Assembly (NCBI GenBank): GCA_051362555.1
Contig: CM120640.1
Span: forward strand, 30,089,967-30,153,966
Source of the DNA: Lingula anatina
Taxonomy: Eukaryota > Animalia > Brachiopoda
DNA length: 64,000 bases
Direction of reading: 5' to 3'
Under the pieces are notes generated by a model that saw nothing but the letters and a program-made list of their open reading frames with translations, did no database searches and was not told the DNA's origin. The translations under genes and the position numbers were made by a program. Of the stretch, positions 1-11,094 are shown piece by piece (positions within the stretch are counted from its first letter, which is position 1; every line of letters starts with the position of its first letter).

Positions 1-639
1 TTCCCAATTTGTAGCCTATAAACTTGGTTAATGTAACATGTAGGCCTATATTTTGATTTTGCAGATTGTTTTGCCCATTTATAAATAATATAATATTCAT
101 TTTATAATATGTATAATGATGTGGATTGTTTTGCCCATTTATATTATATGTGGAAATGAATAAAATTAATTACATGCATGTACACGTATGTAGGCATTGC
201 GCCAGCTCAGTACGATGACCCCCCCCCTCCCCACTTCCTCAGTTGCCAAAGTCAATACCCCGAAACGTTATCTTTATCAAACATTCATTTTAAAATAATC
301 ATGTGAAAATGCTTATAAATAATAACGTTAATTTATACAGCGCACAAATCTGCTCCTTCTAATGCTGTTTCAACTCATTTCAGTTATTCGGTTCTCATAT
401 TATATGTGCGATTCCTTAAAACAACACACACACACACACAAGATAACACCTAAATAAAATAAATTCATTGCTATTAACTGTAAGTTTACCCCTACTTCTT
501 GAGCTTAAAAGGGTCATATCTCTACATCATCATATTGTGAGTGGAAATACATACCAAGTGGTATGAAAATAAACTAGCTCTCACACTAACCCCTCTATTG
601 GCAAAATCCCCTAGCTCATCATATAATACGCTAACGCTA

Positions 640-3600
640 ACATTACTGTTGTCACTGTACACGTCAAAATTTATTCTAATCACTGTGTATGTCTGTATTT
701 TGACTGTACTTGTTTTTATTTATTTTGATTACTGTGCATGTTTGCGTTGTCACTGTTCATGTTTGTATTTATTGTGAGTACTGTGTATGTCAGCTTTGTC
801 ACTCTATTTGTTTGTAATCTTTACTATTACTCTGCATGATTGTTTTGTCACTGTATCCCTGTGTGTTTGTTTATCTTATGTATCTTTATGTGTCCGTTAA
901 TATTCTGTTTGCTGTGTCTGTTCTGTATTGTTACTGAATGTCTTCATATAATTTTGATCACTGTTAAAGTCTGTTTGTCCTTCTGTTTGTATATAACCAT
1001 AATCATTACTGTGCATTTTTGTTTTGTCAGTGTTTGTGTTTGTATTTTTTGTGATCACAGTGTATGTTTGTGTCGTTACTGTTGATGTTTGTATTTATTG
1101 TGAGCACTGTGTATGTCAGTTTTGTCACTATTTGTTTGTAGTCATTTTGATTACTGTGCATTTTAGTGTTGGCATTGTTTGTGTTTGTATTTATTATCAG
1201 CAATATGGATGTCAGTTTTGTCAGTTAATTTTTTTCTAGTCATTATTTTAACTGTGCATGTTGGTGTTGTCACTGACATCATAGTTTATATACATGTCTG
1301 TTTATACTCTTATTACTGTTTCCATTGTCATTGAATGTATTTGTATATATATATATATTGTGATCACTGTGTATGACTGTGTAATCACCCGATTAAATTG
1401 TGTTCACTCTTGTTACTGTACATGGTTGTGTTGTCACTGTACATGTCAAAATTTATTTTGATCACTTTGTACGTCTGTATTATGACTGTGTATGTTTGAT
1501 AATTGTACACGTTACTATTGTCACTGTACATGCCAATATTTATTTTGATCACTATTTATGTCAGTTTGTCACTATTTGTTTGTAATCATTATTATTACTG
1601 TGCATGTCACTGTATGCCTGTGTGTTTGTTTATCTTATGTTTGCTGTGTCTATTCTGCATTGTTTCTGAACGTGTTTGTATATTGTGATGACTGTGTAGG
1701 GTTATGTTTTCACTCTTTTTCCTTGTCTTCATTCTTATGCTGCACGTTACTGTTGTCACTGTACATATCAAAAATTTTTCCGATCACTGTGTATGTTTGT
1801 GTTGTTACTGTTTGTGTCTACATAAAATTCTGATCACTGTGTAATTCTGTTTGTCCTGCTATTTGTTTGTATTTATTTTTATTACTGTACATATTTCTGT
1901 TGTCACTGTTTCCATTTGTATTTATTGTGATCACCGTGTATATTTGTGTCGTTACTGTTGGTGTTTGTATTTATTGTGAGCACTCTGTATGTCAGTTTTG
2001 TCACTGTTTGTATTTATTTTTATTACTGTGCATGTAAGTATTGTCACTGTGTCTGTATTTATGGTGAGCACTGTGTCTGTTATTTTTGTCACTCTACTTG
2101 TTTATAATCATTACTATTACTCTGCATGATGATGTTGTTCACTTTATATCTATGTGTCTGTTAATATTCTGTTTGCTGTGTCTATTTAGGATTCCCCATA
2201 GGGGAATACTATTGTTTTTGGTAGTATTATCATTATTATTATTATTATTATTATTATAGTTATTCTTTCCGCACGTTTTTTTTTGCAAAAAATCTGAAAT
2301 AATTTACATAGGTAGCCTATGGTAAGAATATGCCATAGACCCAGTTTCAGTGACCTTGACCTACTTTTCAAGGTCACAGTGGCTTTTAAAGACAAAATTT
2401 GTAAAATTTGAAATTGCCAATATGCCCTTATTATAAGCCCTATGACTAAGGGCCGTATGGACTATAATACTGAGCTAAATCGATCTCCAGATGTTGACCT
2501 ACTTTCATGCAAGTAGGTCAAGGTCAAGGTCGCTAATGGCCAAACGGGCTCAAAAAAGGTTTGTTTCCAAGATCTCAAAAACCGGAAGGCCCAGAGCCAT
2601 GATCATAGTGGCATATGATGCCCTATATATGTATCTAAAATTAGCTGTACTTTGGTAGCGACTGCTTAATTACTTTTTTTAATATAGATTTTTAAATATT
2701 TATGACATTGCAGAAATCTTGAGTTTGGCAATTTCTCCATGAAGCACTGGTTTTTGGTCATAGCATGCTATAGTAAACTACCCCAAACATATACCCAAAA
2801 CCCCCAAATCAAATGTCAAATTTGACCTTGACCCTCATTTTTAAGGTCATTCGGCTATTTCATGGAGAAATATTGATGTGGGCTAAAAGTGATATTTTGT
2901 TGACCCCCCAATTTGCATATGCACTTTCAGAATATGGTATCAAATTTAACCCATGACCTTCACATGACCTTGTAAGAGCATTTCCACGCCTATTTTGCAG
3001 GGGAATCCTCCGCCACTGGCTTTAGCCAGTTGCAGTCTAGTTTGTATTGTTACTGAATATGATTGTATATATTGTGATGACTGTGTGTGACTATGTTTTT
3101 TACTCTTTTTACTTGTGTTTATTATCATGCACGTTACTGTTGTCACTGTACATGTGAATTTTTTTCTAATCACTGTGTATGTCAGTTTTGTCACTCTCTT
3201 TGTTTGTAGTCATTCTGCTTACGTTTATTTATTTCTAGTTATTATTTTAACTGTTAATGTTGGTGTTGTCACTGTCATCATAGTTTATGTGTCTGTTTAT
3301 ACTTTGATAATTGTTTCCATTCTGTATTGTCATTGAATGTGTTTGTATATTTATTGTGATCACTGTGTATGACTGTGTAATCACCCGATTAATTTGTGTT
3401 CATTCTTGTTACTGTGCATGGTTGTGTTGTCACTGTGCATGTCAAAATTTATTCTGATCACTGTGTATGTCTGTATTGTGACTGTGTTTGTTTGTATTCA
3501 TTTTGATTATTGTGCACGTTACTATTGTCACTGTACATGTTAATATTTTTCGTCACTGTGTATGTCAGTTTGTCACTTTGTTTGTAATCATTACTATATC

Positions 3601-4403
3601 TTAATTGTAGTTTTATTTTGATTACTGTGTATGTTTGTGTTGGTTCTTTTTGTGTCTTTATTTAATTCTGATCAATGTTTGCTGTGTTTATTCTGTATCT
3701 TTACTCAATGTGTTTGAACATATCGAGATGACTGTGTACGACTGCATTTTCAATCTTTTTCTTTGTGTTCATTGTCATTACTGTGAACGTTACTGTTGTC
3801 ACTGTACATGTCAAATTTTTTCACTCTTTTTCCTTGTGTTCATTCCCATTACGATGAATGGTACTGTTGTCACTGTACATGTGAAACTTTTTTCTAATCA
3901 CAGTGTATGTCTATGTTTCTTTGTATTTATTTTGATTACTGTGTTTGTTGGTGTCACTCTATTTGTTTGTAATCATTACTATTACTCTGCATGATTGTGT
4001 TGTCACTGTATCCAAGTGTGTTTGTTTATCTTATGTATCTCTGTGTGTCTGTTTATATTCTGTTTGCTGTGTCTATTCTGTATTGTTACTGAATGTGTTT
4101 GTATATATTGTGATGACTGTGTATGACCTTGTTTTCACTCTTTTTCCTTGTGTTCATTCCCATTATGGTGAACGTTACTCTTGTCACTGTACACGTCAAA
4201 ATTTGTTCTGATCACTGTGTATGTCTGTATTTTGACTGTGCTTGTTTTTATTTATTTTGATTACTGTGCATGTTTGCGTTGTCACTGTTCATGTTTGTAT
4301 TTATTGTGAGCACTGTGTATGTCAGCTTTGTCACTCTATTTGTTTGTAATCTTTACTATTACTCTGCATGATTGTGTTGTCACTGTATCTGTGTGTTTGT
4401 TTA
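640..4403 (+). repeat. Degenerate complex satellite, TG-rich orientation (reverse complement of the main array), interrupted by a HINE
   Basis: Recurrent motifs tgttgtcactgtacatgt, tgatcactgtgtatgtctgtatt and gtaatcacccgattaa are reverse complements of motifs in the 14-64 kb array. Confidence 0.95.
2187..3041 (+). mobile_element. Non-autonomous Helentron/Helitron-type element (HINE-like)
   Basis: Subterminal inverted repeat aggattcccc (2188-2197) / ggggaatcct (~3000-3009); (ATT)n tract near the 5' end; internal gaccttgacc motifs; 3' hairpin actggc-ttta-gccagt followed by ctagt; T-rich site with no TSD; flanks rejoin to satellite gtctatt|ttgtattgttactgaat. Confidence 0.75.
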
Positions 4404-4459
4404 TAGACACAGCAAGCACCATATAAACAGACACATAGACAATAACAATACACAGTGAT

Positions 4460-4515
<56 letters not shown>

Positions 4516-4575
4516 AACACATTCAATGACAATACAGAATGGAAACAGTTATCAGAGTATAAACAGACACATAAA
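4404..4575 (-). repeat. Satellite in AC-rich orientation (start of the main array, continues at 14235)
   Basis: gaatggaaacagttatcagagtataaacagacacataaa matches the HOR sequence and continues as ctataatgacagtgac after the retrotransposon. Confidence 0.9.
4463..4513. repeat. (AT)n microsatellite, ~25 units
   Basis: Direct reading; the same site in HOR copies is only about (AT)4-5. Confidence 0.95.
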
Positions 4576-4712
4576 TTATATTCTAATTCGCTTATGCTTA
4601 AACGTATATAAATTATTTATCGTGTAATAACTCTCAAGGAATAAAACCACTTCATCTTCAAACATCAAATCATTTATTTATAAATAGGAATGAGTCGATG
4701 TGCCTCTGCCTG
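4576..4712 (-). repeat. Split direct repeat B2 (137 bp; element 3' terminus)
   Basis: ttatattctaattcgc...gatgtgcctctgcctg is duplicated at 5050-5186 with about 5 mismatches. Confidence 0.92.
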
Positions 4713-4889
4713 TGTACAGACGATACAATATTACATACAAACGTTTGTTCCGTCACCAGTTAGATTTTCCGCATAGCCTAATTCCAATTCCGGTAGAGTT
4801 CTTACTTATATGAATCTGATAATTTTATAACGCATAATCAAACCCCATTTTTATACAAATGTTTTTATACAAAAACTTTTATTTGGAAT

Positions 4890-5049
4890 AAACTGGAATG
4901 TCTGTACAGTAGCGTAGCTCGACTTGGAATGATCGTTTCCCATCCTCACGTGATCTGTTCACCTTTTGAATACAGCGCCCCCTGTACCTCCTAATGACCT
5001 TCCCCCTAAGACACGTCATCGTTGACCCGTTAAACGACAATAAATACAT
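4890..5049 (-). repeat. Split direct repeat A2 (~160 bp)
   Basis: aaactggaatgtctgt...gacaataaatacat is duplicated at 14075-14234 with about 8 mismatches. Confidence 0.92.
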
Positions 5050-5186
5050 TTATATTCTAATTCGCATACGCTTAAACGTATATAAATTATTTATCGTCTA
5101 ATAACTCTCAACAAATAAAACCACTTCATCTTCAAACATCAAATCATTTATTTATAAATAGGAATGAGTCGATGTGCCTCTGCCTG
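5050..5186 (-). repeat. Split direct repeat B1 (137 bp), directly abutting A2
   Basis: Internal junction aaatacat|ttatattc at 5049/5050 equals the joined element termini. Confidence 0.92.
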
Positions 5187-5906
5187 CTTCGACCACAAAG
5201 AACGGGCCTCCTCTGTGTATCATTACTTTATCCTAAAAAAGAAAACAAATACAATTTCATCTACTTAAATATGTACATAATTTATTAATCCACATTCACT
5301 CTGGATTCATATTGGCATCACATTCTTGTCCTACAGTATCGACAAACAAAATGTAAAAGCATATCAAATACCAAAGTTTAAAGATACACTCATTCTTTGC
5401 AATATATTGTCTTTAATATAACCGTCTTTCTCTTTATTCGATTTCCAGTGACCATGTTTTTTGAATGATCGTTCTTTTATCCCGCAATTTGCTGCAGCTG
5501 ATGCACCACCTGCTCGTAGACTATGTAGACCAAATTTACTTTTATCAAAACCCAATTCTTCAAATTTTTGTAAAACTGTTTCTCGAGCTCTCATACGTGT
5601 ACACGACAATTTTCCAGTATCCCTTAAAACATGTTTTCCAGATTTCTTTAAATACTTGACCGATCTGAAAATATACTTCTCTGAATCGTCCTCTATGTCT
5701 GCGGCTCTTAGATATCTTTGTGAGAAAGCATATGTGTATGAAGTCTTACCTGTTCTGGCTATATTAAAACATTAGAGCCATCTCTGTACAAATCAGTTTT
5801 GCTTTTTTCAATAATAACTTCAAAATATGAATCTTTGAATATAATATCTGTTCTTCTAATTGAGGATACCTCGCTATATCTTAAAAATCCTGAAAATGAT
5901 AATAAA

Positions 5907-6355
5907 GGAAAGTTTGGCGTAGTCAAACGACATTTTATGGCGACAACAATCTCCAGAGCTTAATTATGCACATGTGCATTCCACACATGCTCAATTGTGC
6001 CCTAGAGGGGTAATCTCCATTGAGGCACATGTTGCTTCTTATACCATGGGGCATCACTGCCTGGCCTCATTCTGCTTGATTCATTCTGTTCATGCGCATA
6101 ATACAATTAAGCTACAAGTTATCTCAAATCTTCAACTGAAATCTTCAGTTCAAAAAATTTCATTTTACATTTGATATATAATTTTTATTCCTAAGGCCAT
6201 AACATTTAATACAGGCAACAATTTGCTACATTGTTATTATTGTTAAAACGATTAGGATAGAAGGGTTATATAATAAAAGCGGCCTTGTTTGGCCAAATCA
6301 CAAACAATCAATACTCTTTGTTGCCTTCTTTCTTGCTATGAATGAGACCATAAAG
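5907..6355. mobile_element. Unclassified ~449-bp insertion in YR with apparent 5-bp TSD (ataaa)
   Basis: ataaa at 5902-5906 and 6356-6360; removal restores the reading RICLLSFSGFLR; no TIR visible. Confidence 0.7.
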
Positions 6356-7878
6356 ATAAACATATTCTGCAGACATCTCTCAAATTGGGCAAACTGGCGT
6401 TAGGTTTTGCAAATCTATTAACAAGTTTATTAAGCATGTCCCTGGTTACTATTTCCTTTTATATTGTTCTGTTACATGACATTCTTTTTGCTGCTTCCAC
6501 AATATTACTGATCAAAACGTTATCACAAGAATTTCATGTTATTCCAGCAATATTATGAACCCACTTTAACCCTCAATCACCTTTCAGGGGCCTCGCAGGC
6601 CCGGACCCATGTATCTTTTGCTCTCTCTTCGTTTGCATGAGGTTTTGAGCCTGTTCCTTTCATGTAATCCTCAAGCAACTTATACCCCATCAATGGATAA
6701 ATAATTAGTTTTGAAATAATTTACAACATATGTAGAAATTTTTCCAAAAGTTAGTCCCATTTCCTGGAAACCGGGCCTCTGAGGCCCGGTCGCTTGATAA
6801 TTTTACTTCCACATGGGATAAATAAGTCCATGTTACCTCAAATAGCTTTGCTATAAAATGTTTTACACAAGCAATATCATGTGTGCTATGACTATCAGTA
6901 TGGTCAATGAAATCTGCCTGTGAAAGATTCAAGACCTGGAGAAATTATTATTTATGAGTATTCGGTCACCTTGGTCACCTGATATGCAGATATCAGTTTA
7001 AATCTATCATTATTACATACCTGATAGACTGCGCTACCTTTGCGAAACTTTCCATTTTGAGGAAAAAAAAACGTTTTTCCGCATTTTCCATACACAGTGT
7101 ATACTCATGCACCCAGGTAGAGGTAAAGCGAGCAAGGGACTGGTGTAACATGAAAATCTGACTCCCCCAGTCAGATTTTCATAATGAAAATATGACTCCC
7201 CATGAAAATTTGACCCCCCCTCCACAAATGTTCATAAATCTTATTTAATTTGAGTATATGACTGTGATATTGTAGTATGTAAAATGGAGGATACTTTGGC
7301 ACTTTTTTTTTAAGTTTGCAGGTGAATATTTTCATGAAAAAAATATGAAAATTAAAAATGTGCACTTAACCGCCCATTGTCTCCCCTTTGAAAAAGCTAT
7401 TTATTTAATATTGGATGATCATTTCTACATCTTTCCTTTAAATTTACTTTATGAAGATTATATTGGAAATATTTGAAAGTTTGATGGTAAACTATTGGGT
7501 GAAAAAAACTAAAAAAAAACATGAAAAATAGAAAATTAAAAATGTGCATTTTATCACCCAATAACTCCCCTATGAAAAAGCTATTTATTTGATATTTGAT
7601 GATCATTCTGACATCTTTTCTATTAGGATACTTTATGAAAAATATATTGGAAATATTTAAAAGTTTGATGATAAAATAGTGAGTGAAAGAGTGAAAAATA
7701 AATCATGAAAATCTTCATTTTTATACCCATGAGATTTGGATTCCCATAAAGAAAAGGACCTATTTTATATTCAGTCACCATACCATTGTTTTCTACATAG
7801 TTTGCAAAGAGATGTACATTTTGTTATTATTTGAAAGTTTGGTGGTGAAAATTTTGGTTAATTTTTTTTTAAACAATA

Positions 7879-9634
7879 GGGGAGACCGGGGCTAGTTGGC
7901 CCAGTTAGACACTTTTGGCCTTGTAGAGCCAACTAGGAGTGGGTTAGAGTAACAAAACCGGTTTCAAAGTAAGCACCATGAACTAAGCTACGTATGCAAC
8001 GTCATTATTTTTCAAATATAATGCCAGGTGGCTCACAATTTGACAAAAAACGCAGTTGACGTCAGGGGGGGCCAACTTGCCCGCCAATGGGGCAAGTTGG
8101 CCCCAGGGTTGGGGCAAGTTGGCCCCCCTATACGAAAATGAGGTAAATATCCCATGTAAACTCCTTGAAATACATTTTTATAAAATTTTAATTTATTTAA
8201 TTGATTTTTGAGTCTTTGATGAATAAACAGTTCAAATGAGGCAGATTTATTGAGGTTTCCGTACGTCACGTTGGTGGGGGGGGGGGGGGGGGGGGGGGGG
8301 TATGCGTTGCAAGAACCAAAATATCTATCTATAAAATGTTTTGTTTTAATTAAGAATAAATAAATAATGGTATAAAGAAGGTTTTTAATGAATGAAAACG
8401 AATAATAAATTTTCTTTTTAAAAGAAAGTAACAAATTCAGTTTTAAACCATTGAGTTTGTTTCAACAATGGTCTCTAGCTAGGGAGGGGTAGAAAATCCC
8501 CTTGGGGCCACATATAACACTATAAATACAAAGAGAATCCCCTTACAATGAATTAAGGCAAAATAAATATTTTTCTACGGAAAGTCCAATGGATTTGCTT
8601 TTTAATACTTACAATCAACAGAATATTTCTAATATAAATTTTCAAAAAGACACCAGAGAGAACATTTAAAAAAATCAATCAGACGGTAATAGACACCGGC
8701 AAGCTTTGTCAATTTCACCAACTTGTTTATTTCAAACAGCGTTGCGCGCAAAGGTTTGTGGGTAATATGAGGGTCCAACTTGCCCCGAGTCAAGGGGGCC
8801 AACTAGCCCCGGGTGCACATTATTTATTTTAAAGAATGGTAGCCATTTATGGTGCTAGAATGAGCAACGATGATACATCTCAAAGTAACAAATTCAGTTT
8901 TAAACCATTGAGTTTGTTTCAACAATGGTCTCTAGCTAGGGAGGGGTAGAAAATCCCCTTGGGGCCACATATAACACTATAAATACAAAGGGAATCCCCT
9001 TACAATGAATTAAGGCAAAATAAATATTTTTCTACGGAAAGTCCAATGGATTTGCTTTTTAATACTTACAATCAACAGAATATTTCTAATATAAATTTTC
9101 AAAAAGACACCAGAGAGAACATTTAAAAAAATCAATCAGACGGTAATAGACACCGGCAAGCTTTGTCAATTTCACCAACTTGTTTATTTCAAACAGCGTT
9201 GCGCGCAAAGGTTTGTGGGTAATATGAGGGTCCAACTTGCCCCGAGTCAAGGGGGCCAACTAGCCCCGGGTGCACATTATTTATTTTAAAGAATGGTAGC
9301 CATTTATGGTGCTAGAATGAGCAACGATGATACATCTCTGTGAAACTTGAAACAATGAGCTTCAGTTTGATGCCCTATACATATCTTATATTCGATCAAA
9401 AGCCTATGAAAGTAGATTTTTAAATCTCTTAAACAAAATTACTTTTAGGTGCAAAAATCATTTATTTCGACTCACCGCTTAAGTAAAACATTTTAACGTC
9501 CGACACTTCCTTAGCATTGTAGGATACGGTCACTTTGCAAGAGTATGTGGCCAATTTTTTTACCTCGTAGTTACTTTTTCATAAATTGACGGGGGGCCAA
9601 CTTACCCCGGGGTCCAACTAGCCCCGGTCTCCCC
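7879..9634. mobile_element. Non-autonomous Tc1/mariner-pogo-like element with TA TSD
   Basis: TIR ggggagaccggggctagttgg / ccaactagccccggtctcccc flanked by TA (7877-7878, 9635-9636); many internal ggccaact(t/a)gcccc motif copies; no transposase. Confidence 0.82.
8425..9338. repeat. Near-identical 457-bp tandem duplication (8425-8881 / 8882-9338)
   Basis: aaagtaacaaattcagtttt...gatgatacatctc is repeated at a 457-bp offset; only one difference noticed (agagaatccc/agggaatccc). Confidence 0.95.
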
Positions 9635-11094
9635 TATTCATCTTACTACCTGTAGGTTTTGCACTTCCATGTCAAAATGCTACATTTTTAACTCAAGAAA
9701 TTGGCCCCATCGCCTTTTTACTTAATTCTTCTTATATAGCATACCCAGTATTTTACCATTCAAACTTTCAAATATTTCCAATATATTCTTCTTTAAGTAT
9801 CCTTAAAGAAAAGATGTCAGAATGATCATCAAATATCAAATAGATAGCCTTTTCATAGGGGATGGGTGTTAGAACACAAATCTTTAATTTTTCTTATTTT
9901 GCATGTGTTTTTTTATTATTTTTTTCACCCAATTTTTTAACCATCAAACTTTCAAGTACTTTCAATATATTCCTCATAAAGTATCCTCAAAGAAAAGATG
10001 TCAGAATGATCATCAAATATCAAATAAATAGCTTTTTCATAGGGGGGCCATTGGGTGTTAGAATATAAATCTTTAATTTTTTCTTATTTTTTAATGTGTT
10101 TTTTTTTATTATTTTTTTTCACCCAATTTTTTAACCATTAAACTTTCAAGTACTTTCAATATATTCCTCATAAAGTATCCTCAAAGAAAAGATGTTGAAA
10201 TGGTCATCAAATGTCAAATAAATAGCTTTTTCATAGGGGAGTCCTTGGGTGGTAAAATACAAATCTTTAATTTTTTTTATTTTTTCATGAAAATTTTCAC
10301 CTGCAAACTAACAAAAAGTGCCAATGTGTCCTCCATTATACATACTACAAGATCATAGTCATTTACTCAAATTAAATTAGATTTTTGAATGTTTTTTGGG
10401 GGGAGTCAGATTTTCATGGTACACTGGGCCTCTGAGGCCCGGTTTCAGGGTTTACGTAGGGTTTCATTTCCTTGTGGATGAGGGTTAAGGCATATTTCAC
10501 ATCCTGTATTGCTCCTGGTTTACTCTCTTGTTGAATTAAACTTAACATATATAGTGCAATGTGATTTGTGGATGCCGGGAATATGTTAACCTCTGTAAAT
10601 TTCCTTGCCCAATTCTTCCACTTTTGAAATATATAAGTATTTTTTTCACCGTATTATCTGTTCTAGATTTCAATACAATACTTGTTAAACTCTTTACCCA
10701 ATCTTCATAAAGTTGCATTATTGAAATCCTTTAATTCCATCCAAACTCCAGATTGGAATACCTGTAAATACAAATAAAGTATATTGATGAAAACAAACCA
10801 GTTTATGTTTACTAATGTAAACCCCAACTTTAAAACAGTTCAAATGTTCTTTTAATGCGTTATACTGTTTTCAAAAGCCAATCCAGGCAATCCTTCATTT
10901 TCTCTTTTAACAAAAAACCTGAATTATTCATTTACTCTTAACCATCGTTAAAAATAAACAATTAAAAACCCTTTCATTGCCTTTTTTAATTTAAAATTCT
11001 ATATACCTGTACCTAGCTTTGTTTGTACTTTTACCAGCTAATATTGTATTTGACAATCATGAAACAAAATAAATCAATACGATCATGTATAAAA

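Larger units (their letters stand above)
7144..10423. mobile_element. Foldback DNA transposon with TGT...ACA ends and 4-bp TSD ctgg (Ginger-like, non-autonomous)
   Basis: tgtaacatgaaaatctgactccccc versus gggggagtcagattttcatggtaca; ctgg at 7140-7143 and 10424-10427; long imperfect inverted arms (~550-650 bp) containing ~185-195-bp subrepeats. Confidence 0.75.
6570..10484. mobile_element. Non-autonomous piggyBac-like DNA transposon (~630 bp of own sequence plus nested elements)
   Basis: TTAA TSD at 6566-6569 and 10485-10488; termini ccctca..cac / gtg..tgaggg; subterminal gggcctctgaggcccgg palindromes; removal restores YR VKYA-LKWVH. Confidence 0.88.
5364..10761 (-). pseudogene. Tyrosine recombinase (YR) of the Ngaro element, in three pieces (about 10761-10485, 6569-6356, 5906-5364)
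   Basis: Manual translation: KSRTDNTVKK..FQKWKNW..FPASTNHIALYMLSL..VKYA | LKWVHNIAG..NLRDVCRICL | LSFSGFLRYSEV..IEKSKTDLYRDG..FGLHSLRAGGASAAAN..HGHWKS..DGY. This gives the R-K-HxxR-H/W-Y catalytic set; frameshifts and stops are present. Confidence 0.92.

Noticed and set aside
1-639. Unique AT-rich flank with a short duplicated motif (gattgttttgcccatttata at ~64 and ~125) and (CA)n at ~424-440
   Set aside because: No paired termini, ORF or RNA-gene structure that can be supported within the window
541-4522. Similar ORFs in the inverted satellite arm and the YI-repeat ORF
   Set aside because: Same satellite artefact; the YI run is the (AT)n microsatellite
5461-5775. Plus-strand ORFs over YR (also 12555-12818, 13308-13765, 19180-19568)
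   Set aside because: Antisense shadows of minus-strand coding remnants
5364-5900. Prophage or integron integrase
   Set aside because: The YR is linked to gag, RT and split direct repeats, so it is a DIRS-order retrotransposon gene
8033-8434. 133-aa ORF with a poly-Pro tract as a possible transposase
   Set aside because: Poly-Pro comes from a G25 homopolymer; no DDE or HTH motifs
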